Assembly: GCA_009914755.4 (NCBI GenBank) | Contig: CP086569.2 | Coordinates: 61,760,001 to 61,824,000, forward strand | Reading direction: 5' to 3' | Origin: the human T2T-CHM13v2.0 reference genome, Homo sapiens | DNA: 64,000 bases | Part shown: piece by piece, positions 14,166-28,303 of the stretch | Layout of the letters: every line of letters starts with the position of its first letter | Numbering within the stretch: position 1 is the stretch's first letter | The notes under the pieces: generated by a model | The model's input: only the letters and a program-made list of their open reading frames with translations | The model's database searches: none | Told to the model about the DNA's origin: nothing | Made by a program: the position numbers and the translations under genes

Positions 14166-17100
14166 GACTCGAAACTAATGGACTGGAATCGAATGGACTC
14201 GACTGGTACGGACTCCAATGGAATGGAATCGAATGGAATGGAATCGAACGGAATGAACTCGAAGTGAAAAGAGTGCAATGGAAAGGTCTCGAATGGAATG
14301 GAAATTAATGGAATGGAATGGAATCGAATGAAATGGAGTCAAAAGGAATGGAATCGAATGGCAAGAAATCGAATGTAATGGAATCACAAGGAATGGATGT
14401 GAACGGAACGGAATGGAATGGAATCAAAAGGAATGGAATCGAATGGAATGGACTCGAATGGAAATGACACGAATAGAATGCAATTTAATAAAATAGAATC
14501 AAATGTAATGGAATGGAATGGAAAGGAATCGTAACGAAAGGAATGGAGACAGATGGAATGGAATGGAACAGAGAGCAATGGTATAGAATGGAATGGAATC
14601 ATATGGAATGGAATTGAATGGAATGGAATAATATGAAATGGAATGGAAAGGAATGGAATGCACTTGAATTAAATGGACTGGAATGGAATGGACTCGAACG
14701 GAGTGGAATGGAAAGGATTGAAATAGAATGGAATGGACTCCTTTGGAATGGTCTAGTATTCAATGCAAACGACTGGCAGGGAATCAAAAGGAATGTAATC
14801 GAATGGATTGGACTGGAATACAATGGACTCGAATACGTTGGAAACGGAATGCAATGGAATGGAATGGAATAGTATGCAATGGAACGGAAAGGAATGAAGT
14901 AGAATGGACTAGAGTGGAATGGAATGGACTCGAAAGCAATGGACTGGAATGGAACGATCTTGAATGGACCGGAATCAAACGGAACGGAATGCAATGCAAG
15001 GCAATCAAATGGAATGGAATAAAAGAGAATGAAAGAGAATCAAATGCAATTGAATCGAATGGAATCGAATGGATTGGAAAGGAATAGAATGGAATGGAAT
15101 GGAATTGACTCCAATGGAATGGACTAGAACGGAATGGAGTCGAATGGAAGGCAAAGGAATGGAATCTATTGGAATGGACTGTAATGGAATGGCATGGAAG
15201 GGATTGGAATGGACTCGAATGGAAAGGACTGCAATAGAAAGGATTCGAATGGAATGAAAAAGAATTGAATGGAATAGAACAGAATGGAATCAAATCGAAT
15301 GAAATGGAATGGAATAGAAAGGAATGGAATGAAATGGAATGGAAAGGATTCAAATGGAATGCAATCGAATGGAATGCAATAGAATGGAATGGAATCGAAC
15401 GGAATGGAATAAAATGGAAGGAAACTGGCAAGAAATGGAATCGAAATGAATGGAGTGTTATGGAACGGACTCCAAAGGAATTGAATGTAATAGAATGGAG
15501 TGGAGTGGACTCGAATATAATGGACTGGAATGGAATGGAATCACATGGAATGGGAACGAATGGAATGGAATGGAAAGGAATGGAATCGAATGGAAAGGAA
15601 TCAAATGGAAGGGAATGAAATTGAATCAACAGGAATGGAAGGGAATAGAATAGACTGTAATGGAATGGACTCGAATAGAATGGACACGAATGCTCAAATT
15701 GGATGGACTCGAATGGAATGGAAACGAAAGGAATGTCATCGAATGGAATTGAATCGATTGGAATGAAATGGCATAGAATGGAGTGGAATGAAATGGAATT
15801 GAATCGAAAGGAAAGGAAGCGAATGGACTGAAATGAAATGGAATGGAATTGAATGGAAAGTAATGCAATGGAATAGAATGGAACGAAATTTCACGGAATG
15901 GAATCAAACAGAATGGAATCAAATCAATGGAATATAATCAAATGGAATGGAATGGAATGGAAAGGAATTGAATGGAATAGATTGGATAGGAAGGGATTGG
16001 AATGCAATGGAATGGAAAGGACTCGAATTTCATGAAACGGAATGGAATGAATTGGAATGGAATGGACTCGAATGGAATGGAATGTCATGGAATGGCATCA
16101 AATGGAATGGAATCAAATGGAATGGCATCGAATGCAATGGAATGTTATGGAATGGAATGGAATGTATTGGAATGGAATGTCCTCTAATGGAATGGATTCG
16201 AGTGGAATGGAATCGAATATAATGGAGTCGAATGAAATGGAATTGAAAGGAATGGGATCGAATAGAATGGAATATACTGGAATGTAATGTAATGAAGTCG
16301 AATGTAATTGACTGGAATAGAATGTACATGAATGGAATGTAATCGAATGGAAAGTAATCCAATGAAATAGAATCTAATGCAATAAAACCGACTCAAATGG
16401 AATAGAATGTAATGGAATGGAGTGCAGTGCAATGGAATGGAATGGAATGGAATGGAATGGAGTGGAATGGAATGGAATGGGATGGAATGGTATGGAATGG
16501 ATAGTAAAGGACTGGAGTGAAATGGACTGTAAAGGAATGGACTCCAATTGAAAGGGCTCGAAAGGAATGGAGTCAAATGGAATGGTCTGGAATGGAATGA
16601 ACTCGAATGTAATGCAATCCAATAGAATGGAATCGAATGGAATGGAATATAAAGAAATGGAATCGACGAGAATGGAAACAGATGGAATGGAATTGAAAGG
16701 AATGGAATTGAATGGAATGGGCATGAATGGAATGAAATTGTATGGAATAGAAGAGAATAGAATGGAATGCAATGGATAAGAAAGGAATGGATTGGAATGG
16801 AAGGGAATGTAGTGTAATGGACTGGCATGGAATAAACTGCAATGCTACGGACTCAAATGGAATAAAAATGTATGGAATGGAATGCCATGAAACGGAATCG
16901 AATGTCATAGAATGTAATGGAATGCAAAAAAATGGACTCCAAAATCATTGACTGGAAAGGCTGGGTGTCGAAAGGAATTGACTCCAATGGAATGGAATCG
17001 AATGGAACGGAAGTGAATAGAATCGAACTAAATCGAATGGAATGGAATTGATAGGAACGGAATGGAAAGGAATGGAATGATTTGGCATGGAATGGAATCG

Positions 17101-17700
17101 AATGGACTCGAATGGAATGGAATGGAATGCAATGCAATGGAATGTATTAGAATGTAGTGAACTTTAATGGAATGAACTCGAATGGATTCGACTGGAATGG
17201 AATGTTCTGGAAGTGAATGGACTCCAATGGAATGGATTCAAAAGGAATGGAATCGAAGGGAATGGAATCTAATGGAATGGAATGAAATGGAAAGGAATCA
17301 AATCGAATAGCACGGAATTGAACTGAATGGAATCGAATGCAATGGAATCTAATGAAACGGAAAGGAAAGGAACGGAATGGCATGGAATGGGCTGGAATGG
17401 AATGGAATCGAAACGAATGGAAAGGAATCGAACTGAAGAGACTGGAATGGAATGCACTGGCATGGAAGGGAGTTTAATGGAAGGTTCTCGAAAAGACTGG
17501 AATCGAATGCAATGGAATTGAATGGAACGGATATAGAGTCAAATGGAATTGAATGGAATGGAATGGAGTAGAGTGAAATGGAATCGAGTCACAAGGAATG
17601 GACAGGAATAGAACGGTCTCGAATTGAATGGAATCGTATGGAATGGAATTCAACGGAATGGAATGGACAGCCACGGAATGGAATGCACTCGAATGCAATG
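14166..17700 (+). repeat. HOR unit 5 (3535 bp), subtype I; no differences from unit 1 in any translated ORF
   Basis: All ORF translations of unit 1 recur unchanged at an offset of 14138 bp, including the private variants (RYDSF/NCILFVSF, MYILFQ, FIPFMPIPFN). Confidence 0.85.
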
Positions 17701-20700
17701 GACTCGAAACTAATGGACTGGAATCGAATGGACTCGACTGGTACGGACTCCAATGGAATGGAATCGAATGGAATGGAATCGAACGGAATGGACTCGAAGT
17801 GAAAAGAGTGCAATGGAAAGGTCTCGAATGGAATGGAAATTAATGGAATGGAATGGAATCGAATGAAATGGAGTCAAAAGGAATGGAATCGAATGGCAAG
17901 AAATCGAATGTAATGGAATCACAAGGAATGGATGTGAACGGAACGGAATGGAATGGAATCAAAAGGAATGGAATCGAATGGAATGGACTCGAATGGAAAT
18001 GACTCGAATAGAATGGAATTCAACAAAATAGAATCAAATGTAATGGAATGGAATGGAAAGGAATCAAAACGAAAGGAATGGAGACAGATGGAATGGAATG
18101 GAACAGAGAACAATTGTATATAATGGAATGGAATCATATGGAATGGAATTGAATGGAATGAAATAATATAAAATGGAATGGAAAGGAATGGAATGCACTT
18201 GAATTAAATGGACTGGAATGGAATGGACTCGAACGGAGTGGAATGGAAAGGATTGAAATAGAATGGAATGGACTCCTTTGGAATGGTCTAGTATGCAATG
18301 CAAACGACTGGCAGGGAATCAAAAGGAATGTAATCGAATGGATTGGCCTGGAATCAATGGACTCGAATACATTGGAAACGGAATGCAATGGAATGGAATG
18401 GAATAGTATGGAATGGAACGGAAAGGAATGAAGTAAAATGGACTAGAGTGGAATGGAATGGACTCGAAAGCAATGGACTGGAATGGAACGATCTTGAATG
18501 GACCGGAATCAAACGGAAAGGAATGCAATGCAAGGCAATCAAATGGAATGGAATAAAAGAGAATGAAAGAGAATCAAATGCAATTGAATCGAATGGAATC
18601 GAATGGATTGGAAAGGAATAGAATGGAATGGAATGGAATTGACTCAAATGGAATGGACTAGAACGGAATGGAGTCGAATGGAAGGCAAAGGAATGGAATC
18701 TATTGGAATGGACTGTAATGGAATGGCATGGAAGGGATTGGAATGGACTCGAATGGAAAGGACTGCAATAGAAAGGATTCGAATGGAATGAAAAAGAATT
18801 GAATGGAATAGAACAGAATGGAATCAAATCGAATGAAATGGAATGGAATAGAAAGGAATGGAATGAAACGGAATGGAAAGGATTCAAATGGAATGCAATC
18901 GAATGGAATGCAATCGAATGGAATGGAATCGAACGGAATGGAATAAAATGGAAGGAAACTGGCAAGAAATGGAATCGAAATGAATGGAGTGTTATGGAAC
19001 GGACTCCAAAGGAATTGAATGTAATAGAATGGAGTGGAGTGGACGCGAACATAATGGACTGGAATGGAATGGAATCACATGGAATGGGAACGAATGGAAT
19101 GGAATGGAAAGGAATGGAATCGAATGGATAGGAATCAAATGGAAGGGAATGAAATTGAATCAACAGGAATGGAAGGGAATAGAATAGACTGTAATGGAAT
19201 GGACTCGAATAGAATGGACACGAATGCTCAAATTGGATGGACTCGAATGGAATGGAAACGAAAGGAATGTCATCGAATGGAATTGAATCGATTGGAATGA
19301 AATGGCATAGAATGGATTGGAATGAAATGGAATTGAATCGAAAGGAAAGGAAGCGAATGGACTGAAATGAAATGGAATGGAATTAAATGGAAAGTAATGC
19401 AATGGAATAGAATGGAACGAAATTTCACGGAATGGAATCAAACAGAATGGAATCAAATCAATTGAATATAATCAAATGGAATGGAATGGAATGGAAAGGA
19501 AATGAATGGAATAGATTGGATAGGAAGGGATTGGAATGCAATGGAATGGAAAGGACTCGAATTTCATGAAACGGAATGGAATGAATTGGAATGGAATGGA
19601 CTCGAATGGAATGGAATGTCATGGAATGGCATCAAATGGAATGGAATCAAATGGAATGGCATCGAATGCAATGGAATGTTATGGAATGGAATGGAATGTA
19701 TTGGAATGGAATGTCCTCTAATGGAATGGATTCGAGTGGAATGGAATCGAATATAATGGAGTCGAATGAAATGGAATTGAAAGGAATGGGATCGAATAGA
19801 ATGGAATATACTGGAATGTAATGTAATGAAGTCGAATGTAATTGACTGGAATGGAATGTACATGAATGGAATGTAATCGAATGGAAAGTAATCCAATGAA
19901 ATAGAATCTAATGCAATAAAACCGACTCAAATGGAATAGAATGTAATGGAATGGAGTGCAGTGCAATGGAATGGAATGGAATGGAATGGAATGGAGTGGA
20001 ATGGAATGGAATGGGATGGAATGGTATGGAATGGATAGTAAAGGACTGGAGTGAAATGGACTGTAAAGGAATGGACTCCAATTGAAAGGGCTCGAAAGGA
20101 ATGGAGTCAAATGGAATGGTCTGGAATGGAATGAACTCGAATGTAATGCAATCCAATAGAATGGAATCGAATGGAATGGAATATAAAGAAATGGAATCGA
20201 CGAGAATGGAAACAGATGGAATGGAATTGAAAGGAATGGAATTGAATGGAATGGGCACGAATGGAATGAAATTGTATGGAATAGAAGAGAATAGAATGGA
20301 ATGCAATGGATAAGAAAGGAATGGATTGGAATGGAAGGGAATGTAGTGTAATGGACTGGCATGGAATAAACTGGAATGCTACGGTCTCAAATGGAATAAA
20401 AATGTATGGAATGGAATGCCATGAAACGGAATCGAATGTCATAGAATGTAATGGAATGCAAAAAAATGGACTCCAAAATCATTGACTGGAAAGGCTGGGT
20501 GTCGAAAGGAATTGACTCCAATGGAATGGAATCGAATGGAATGGAAGTGAATAGAATCGAACTAAATCGAATGGAATGGAATTGATAGGAACGGAATGGA
20601 AAGGAATGGAATGATTTGGCATGGAATGGAATCGAATGGACTCGAATGGAATGGAATGGAATGCAATGGAATGGAATGTATTAGAATGTAGTGAACTTTA

Positions 20701-21234
20701 ATGGAATGAACTCGAATGGATTCGACTGGAATGGAATGTTCTGGAAGTGAATGAACTCCAATGGAATGGATTCAAAAGGAATGGAATCGAAGGGAATGGA
20801 ATCTAATGGAATGGAATGAAATGGAAAGGAATCAAATCGAATAGCACGGAATTGAACTGAATGGAATCGAATGCAATGGAATCTAATGAAACGGAAAGGA
20901 AAGGAATGGAATGGCATGGAATGGGCTGGAATGGAATGGAATCGAAACGAATGGAATGGAATCGAACTGAAGAGACTGGAATGGAATGCATTGGCATGGA
21001 AGGGAGTTTAATGGAAGGTTCTCGAAAAGACTGGAATCGAATGGAATGGAATTGAATGGAACGGATATAGAGTCAAATGGAATTGAATGGAATGGAATGG
21101 AGTAGAGTGAAATGGAATCGAGTCACAAGGAATGGACAGGAATAGAACGGTCTCGAATTGAATGGAATCGTATGGAATGGAATTCAACGGAATGGAATGG
21201 ACAGCCACGGAATGGAATGCACTCGAATGCAATG
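17701..21234 (+). repeat. HOR unit 6 (3534 bp), subtype II, mosaic
   Basis: The first ~1.7 kb is identical to unit 2 at offset 14138. The middle carries unit-7/9-like variants (HSTPFHSIPF, STPLYSIPF). The tail is unit-2-like (MPMHSIPV, LEFIHFQ). Confidence 0.8.
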
Positions 21235-24200
21235 GACTCGAAACTAATGGACTGGAATCGAATGGACTCGACTGGTACGGACTCCAATGGAATGGAATCG
21301 AATGGAATGGAATCGAACGGAATGAACTCGAAGTGAAAAGAGTGCAATGGAAAGGTCTCGAATGGAATGGAAATTAATGGAATGGAATGGAATCGAATGA
21401 AATGGAGTCAAAAGGAATGGAATCGAATGGCAAGAAATCGAATGTAATGGAATCACAAGGAATGGATGTGAACGGAACGGAATGGAATGGAATCAAAAGG
21501 AATGGAATCGAATGGAAAGGACTCGAATGGAAATGACTCGAATAGAATGGAATTCAACAAAATAGAGTCAAATGTAATGGAATGGAATGGAAAGGAATCG
21601 AAACGAAAGGAATGGAGACAGATGGAATGGAATGGAACAGAGAGCAATGGTATAGAATGGAATGGAATCATATGGAATGGAATTGAATGGAATGGAATAA
21701 TATGAAATGGAATGGAAAGGAATGGAATGCACTTGAATTAAATGGACTGGAATGGAATGGACTCGAACGGAGTGGAATGGAAAGGATTGAAATAGAATGG
21801 AATGGACTCCTTTGGAATGGTCTAGTATTCAATGCAAACGACTGGCAGGGAATCAAAAGGAATGTAATCGAATGGATTGGACTGGAATACAATGGACTCG
21901 AATACGTTGGAAACGGAATGCAATGGAATGGAATGGAATAGTATGCAATGGAACGGAAAGGAATGAAGTAGAATGGACTAGAGTGGAATGGAATGGACTC
22001 GAAAGCAATGGACTGGAATGGAACGATCTTGAATGGACCGGAATCAAACGGAACGGAATGCAATGCAAGGCAATCAAATGGAATGGAATAAAAGAGAATG
22101 AAAGAGAATCAAATGCAATTGAATCGAATGGAATCGAATGGATTGGAAAGGAATAGAATGGAATGGAATGGAATTGACTCAAATGGAATGGACTAGAACG
22201 GAATGGAGTCGAATGGAAGGCAAAGGAATGGAATCTATTGGAATGGACTGTAATGGAATGGCATGGAAGGGATTGGAATGGACTCGAATGGAAAGGACTG
22301 CAATAGAAAGGATTCGAATGGAATGAAAAAGAATCGAATGGAATAGAACAGAATGGAATCAAATCGAATGAAATGGAATGGAATAGAAAGGAATGGAATG
22401 AAATGGAATGGAAAGGATTCAAATGGAATGCAATCGAATGGAATGCAATAGAATGGAATGGAATCGAACGGAATGGAATAAAATGGAAGGAAACTGGCAA
22501 GAAATGGAATCGAAATGAATGGAGTGTTATGGAACGGACTCCAAAGGAATTGAATGTAATAGAATGGAGTGGAGTGGACTCGAATATAATGGACTGGAAT
22601 GGAATGGAATCACATGGAATGGGAACGAATGGAATGGAATGGAAAGGAATGGAATCGAATGGAAAGGAATCAAATGGAAGGGAATGAAATTGAATCAACA
22701 GGAATGGAAGGGAATAGAATAGACTGTAATGGAATGGACTCGAATAGAATGGACACGAATGCTCAAATTGGATGGACTCGAATGGAATGGAAACGAAAGG
22801 AATGTCATCGAATGGAATTGAATCGATTGGAATGAAATGGCATAGAATGGAGTGGAATGAAATGGAATTGAATCGAAAGGAAAGGAAGCGAATGGACTGA
22901 AATGAAATGGAATGGAATTGAATGGAAAGTAATGCAATGGAATAGAATGGAACGAAATTTCACGGAATGGAATCAAACAGAATGGAATCAAATCAATGGA
23001 ATATAATCAAATGGAATGGAATGGAATGGAAAAGAATTGAATGGAATAGATTGGATAGGAAGGGATTGGAATGCAATGGAATGGAAAGGACTCGAATTTC
23101 ATGAAACGGAATGGAATGAATTGGAATGGAATGGACTCGAATGGAATGGAATGTCATGGAATGGCATCAAATGGAATGGAATCAAATGGAATGGCATCGA
23201 ATGCAATGGAATGTTATGGAATGGAATGGAATGTATTGGAATGGAATGTCCTCTAATGGAATGGATTCGAGTGGAATGGAATCGAATATAATGGAGTCGA
23301 ATGAAATGGAATTGAAAGGAATGGGATCGAATAGAATGGAATATACTGGAATGTAATGTAATGAAGTCGAATGTAATTGACTGGAATGGAATGTACATGA
23401 ATGGAATGTAATCGAATGGAAAGTAATCCAATGAAATAGAATCTAATGCAATAAAACCGACTCAAATGGAATAGAATGTAATGGAATGGAGTGCAGTGCA
23501 ATGGAATGGAATGGAATGGAATGGAATGGAGTGGAATGGAATGGAATGGGATGGAATGGTATGGAATGGATAGTAAAGGACTGGAGTGAAATGGACTGTA
23601 AAGGAATGGACTCCAATTGAAAGGGCTCGAAAGGAATGGAGTCAAATGGAATGGTCTGGAATGGAATGAACTCGAATGTAATGCAATCCAATAGAATGGA
23701 ATCGAATGGAATGGAATATAAAGAAATGGAATCGACGAGAATGGAAACAGATGGAATGGAATTGAAAGGAATGGAATTGAATGGAATGGGCACGAATGGA
23801 ATGAAATTGTATGGAATAGAAGAGAATAGAATGGAATGCAATGGATAAGAAAGGAATGGATTGGAATGGAAGGGAATGTAGTGTAATGGACTGGCATGGA
23901 ATAAACTGGAATGCTACGGTCTCAAATGGAATAAAAATGTATGGAATGGAATGCCATGAAACGGAATCGAATGTCATAGAATGTAATGGAATGCAAAAAA
24001 ATGGACTCCAAAATCATTGACTGGAAAGGCTGGGTGTCGAAAGGAATTGACTCCAATGGAATGGAATCGAATGGAATGGAAGTGAATAGAATCGAACTAA
24101 ATCGAATGGAATGGAATTGATAGGAACGGAATGGAAAGGAATGGAATGATTTGGCATGGAATGGAATCGAATGGACTCGAATGGAATGGAATGGAATGCA

Positions 24201-24769
24201 ATGCAATGGAATGTATTAGAATGTAGTGAACTTTAATGGAATGAACTCGAATGGATTCGACTGGAATGGAATGTTCTGGAAGTGAATGGACTCCAATGGA
24301 ATGGATTCAAAAGGAATGGAATCGAAGGGAATGGAATCTAATGGAATGGAATGAAATGGAAAGGAATCAAATCGAATAGCACGGAATTGAACTGAATGGA
24401 ATCGAATGCAATGGAATCTAATGAAACGGAAAGGAAAGGAATGGAATGGCATGGAATGGGCTGGAATGGAATGGAATCGAAACGAATGGAAAGGAATCGA
24501 ACTGAAGAGACTGGAATGGAATGCACTGGCATGGAAGGGAGTTTAATGGAAGGTTCTCGAAAAGACTGGAATCGAATGCAATGGAATTGAATGGAACGGA
24601 TATAGAGTCAAATGGAATTGAATGGAATGGAATGGAGTAGAGTGAAATGGAATCGAGTCACAAGGAATGGACAGGAATAGAACGGTCTCGAATTGAATGG
24701 AATCGTATGGAATGGAATTCAACGGAATGGAATGGACAGCCACGGAATGGAATGCACTCGAATGCAATG
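21235..24769 (+). repeat. HOR unit 7 (3535 bp), subtype I
   Basis: Landmark period. Near-identical to unit 9 at offset 7069. Confidence 0.85.
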
Positions 24770-27700
24770 GACTCGAAACTAATGGACTGGAATCGAATGG
24801 ACTCGACTGGTACGGACTCCAATGGAATGGAATCGAATGGAATGGAATCGAACGGAATGGACTCGAAGTGAAAAGAGTGCAATGGAAAGGTCTCGAATGG
24901 AATGGAAATTAATGGAATGGAATGGAATCGAATGAAATGGAGTCAAAAGGAATGGAATCGAATGGCAAGAAATCGAATGTAATGGAATCACAAGGAATGG
25001 ATGTGAACGGAACGGAATGGAATGGAATCAAAAGGAATGGAATCGAATGGAATGGACTCGAATGGAAATGACTCGAATAGAATGGAATTCAACAAAATAG
25101 AATCAAATGTAATGGAATGGAATGGAAAGGAATCAAAACGAAAGGAATGGAGACAGATGGAATGGAATGGAACAGAGAACAATTGTATATAATGGAATGG
25201 AATCATATGGAATGGAATTGAATGGAATGAAATAATATAAAATGGAATGGAAAGGAATGGAATGCACTTGAATTAAATGGACTGGAATGGAATGGACTCG
25301 AACGGAGTGGAATGGAAAGGATTGAAATAGAATGGAATGGACTCCTTTGGAATGGTCTAGTATGCAATGCAAACGACTGGCAGGGAATCAAAAGGAATGT
25401 AATCGAATGGATTGGCCTGGAATCAATGGACTCGAATACATTGGAAACGGAATGCAATGGAATGGAATGGAATAGTATGGAATGGAACGGAAAGGAATGA
25501 AGTAAAATGGACTAGAGTGGAATGGAATGGACTCGAAAGCAATGGACTGGAATGGAACGATCTTGAATGGACCGGAATCAAACGGAAAGGAATGCAATGC
25601 AAGGCAATCAAATGGAATGGAATAAAAGAGAATGAAAGAGAATCAAATGCAATTGAATCGAATGGAATCGAATGGATTGGAAAGGAATAGAATGGAATGG
25701 AATGGAATTGACTCAAATGGAATGGACTAGAACGGAATGGAGTCGAATGGAAGGCAAAGGAATGGAATCTATTGGAATGGACTGTAATGGAATGGCATGG
25801 AAGGGATTGGAATGGACTCGAATGGAAAGGACTGCAATAGAAAGGATTCGAATGGAATGAAAAAGAATTGAATGGAATAGAACAGAATGGAATCAAATCG
25901 AATGAAATGGAATGGAATAGAAAGGAATGGAATGAAACGGAATGGAAAGGATTCAAATGGAATGCAATCGAATGGAATGCAATCGAATGGAATGGAATCG
26001 AACGGAATGGAATAAAATGGAAGGAAACTGGCAAGAAATGGAATCGAAATGAATGGAGTGTTATGGAACGGACTCCAAAGGAATTGAATGTAATAGAATG
26101 GAGTGGAGTGGACGCGAACATAATGGACTGGAATGGAATGGAATCACATGGAATGGGAACGAATGGAATGGAATGGAAAGGAATGGAATCGAATGGATAG
26201 GAATCAAATGGAAGGGAATGAAATTGAATCAACAGGAATGGAAGGGAATAGAATAGACTGTAATGGAATGGACTCGAATAGAATGGACACGAATGCTCAA
26301 ATTGGATGGACTCGAATGGAATGGAAACGAAAGGAATGTCATCGAATGGAATTGAATCGATTGGAATGAAATGGCATAGAATGGATTGGAATGAAATGGA
26401 ATTGAATCGAAAGGAAAGGAAGCGAATGGACTGAAATGAAATGGAATGGAATTAAATGGAAAGTAATGCAATGGAATAGAATGGAACGAAATTTCACGGA
26501 ATGGAATCAAACAGAATGGAATCAAATCAATTGAATATAATCAAATGGAATGGAATGGAATGGAAAGGAAATGAATGGAATAGATTGGATAGGAAGGGAT
26601 TGGAATGCAATGGAATGGAAAGGACTCGAATTTCATGAAACGGAATGGAATGAATTGGAATGGAATGGACTCGAATGGAATGGAATGTCATGGAATGGCA
26701 TCAAATGGAATGGAATCAAATGGAATGGCATCGAATGCAATGGAATGTTATGGAATGGAATGGAATGTATTGGAATGGAATGTCCTCTAATGGAATGGAT
26801 TCGAGTGGAATGGAATCAAATATAATGGAGTCGAATGAAATGGAATTGAAAGGAATGGGATCGAATAGAATGGAATATACTGGAATGTAATGTAATGAAG
26901 TCGAATGTAATTGACTGGAATGGAATGTACATGAATGGAATGTAATCGAATAGAAAGTAATCCAATGAAATAGAATCTAATGCAATAAAACCGACTCAAA
27001 TGGAATAGAATGTAATGGAATGGAGTGCAGTGCAATGGAATGGAATGGAATGGAATGCAATGGAGTGGAATGGAATGGAATGGGATGGAATGGTATGGAA
27101 TGGATAGTAAAGGACTGGAGTGAAATGGACTGTAAAGGAATGGACTCCAATTGAAAGGGCTCGAAAGGAATGGAGTCAAATGGAATGGTCTGGAATGGAA
27201 TGAACTCGAATGTAATGCAATCCAATAGAATGGAATCGAATGGAATGGAATATAAAGAAATGGAATCGACGAGAATGGAAACAGATGGAATGGAATTGAA
27301 AGGAATGGAATTGAATGGAATGGGCACGAATGGAATGAAATTGTATGGAATAGAAGAGAATAGAATGGAATGCAATGGATAAGAAAGGAATGGATTGGAA
27401 TGGAAGGGAATGTAGTGTAATGGACTGGCATGGAATAAACTGGAATGCTACGGTCTCAAATGGAATAAAAATGTATGGAATGGAATGCCATGAAACGGAA
27501 TCGAATGTCATAGAATGTAATGGAATGCAAAAAAATGGACTCCAAAATCATTGACTGGAAAGGCTGGGTGTCGAAAGGAATTGACTCCAATGGAATGGAA
27601 TCGAATGGAATGGAAGTGAATAGAATCGAACTAAATCGAATGGAATGGAATTGATAGGAACGGAATGGAAAGGAATGGAATGATTTGGCATGGAATGGAA

Positions 27701-28303
27701 TCGAATGGACTCGAATGGAATGGAATGGAATGCAATGGAATGGAATGTATTAGAATGTAGTGAACTTTAATGGAATGAACTCGAATGGATTCGACTGGAA
27801 TGGAATGTTCTGGAAGTGAATGAACTCCAATGGAATGGATTCAAAAGGAATGGAATCGAAGGGAATGGAATCTAATGGAATGGAATGAAATGGAAAGGAA
27901 TCAAATCGAATAGCACGGAATTGAACTGAATGGAATCGAATGCAATGGAATCTAATGAAACGGAAAGGAAAGGAATGGAATGGCATGGAATGGGCTGGAA
28001 TGGAATGGAATCGAAACGAATGGAATGGAATCGAACTGAAGAGACTGGAATGGAATGCATTGGCATGGAAGGGAGTTTAATGGAAGGTTCTCGAAAAGAC
28101 TGGAATCGAATGGAATGGAATTGAATGGAACGGATATAGAGTCAAATGGAATTGAATGGAATGGAATGGAGTAGAGTGAAATGGAATCGAGTCACAAGGA
28201 ATGGACAGGAATAGAACGGTCTCGAATTGAATGGAATCGTATGGAATGGAATTCAACGGAATGGAATGGACAGCCACGGAATGGAATGCACTCGAATGCA
28301 ATG
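24770..28303 (+). repeat. HOR unit 8 (3534 bp), subtype II; no differences from unit 2 in any translated ORF
   Basis: All translated ORFs of unit 2 recur at an offset of 21207 bp, including NQI, IPLHCIPF, STPLYLIPF, MPMHSIPV. Confidence 0.85.
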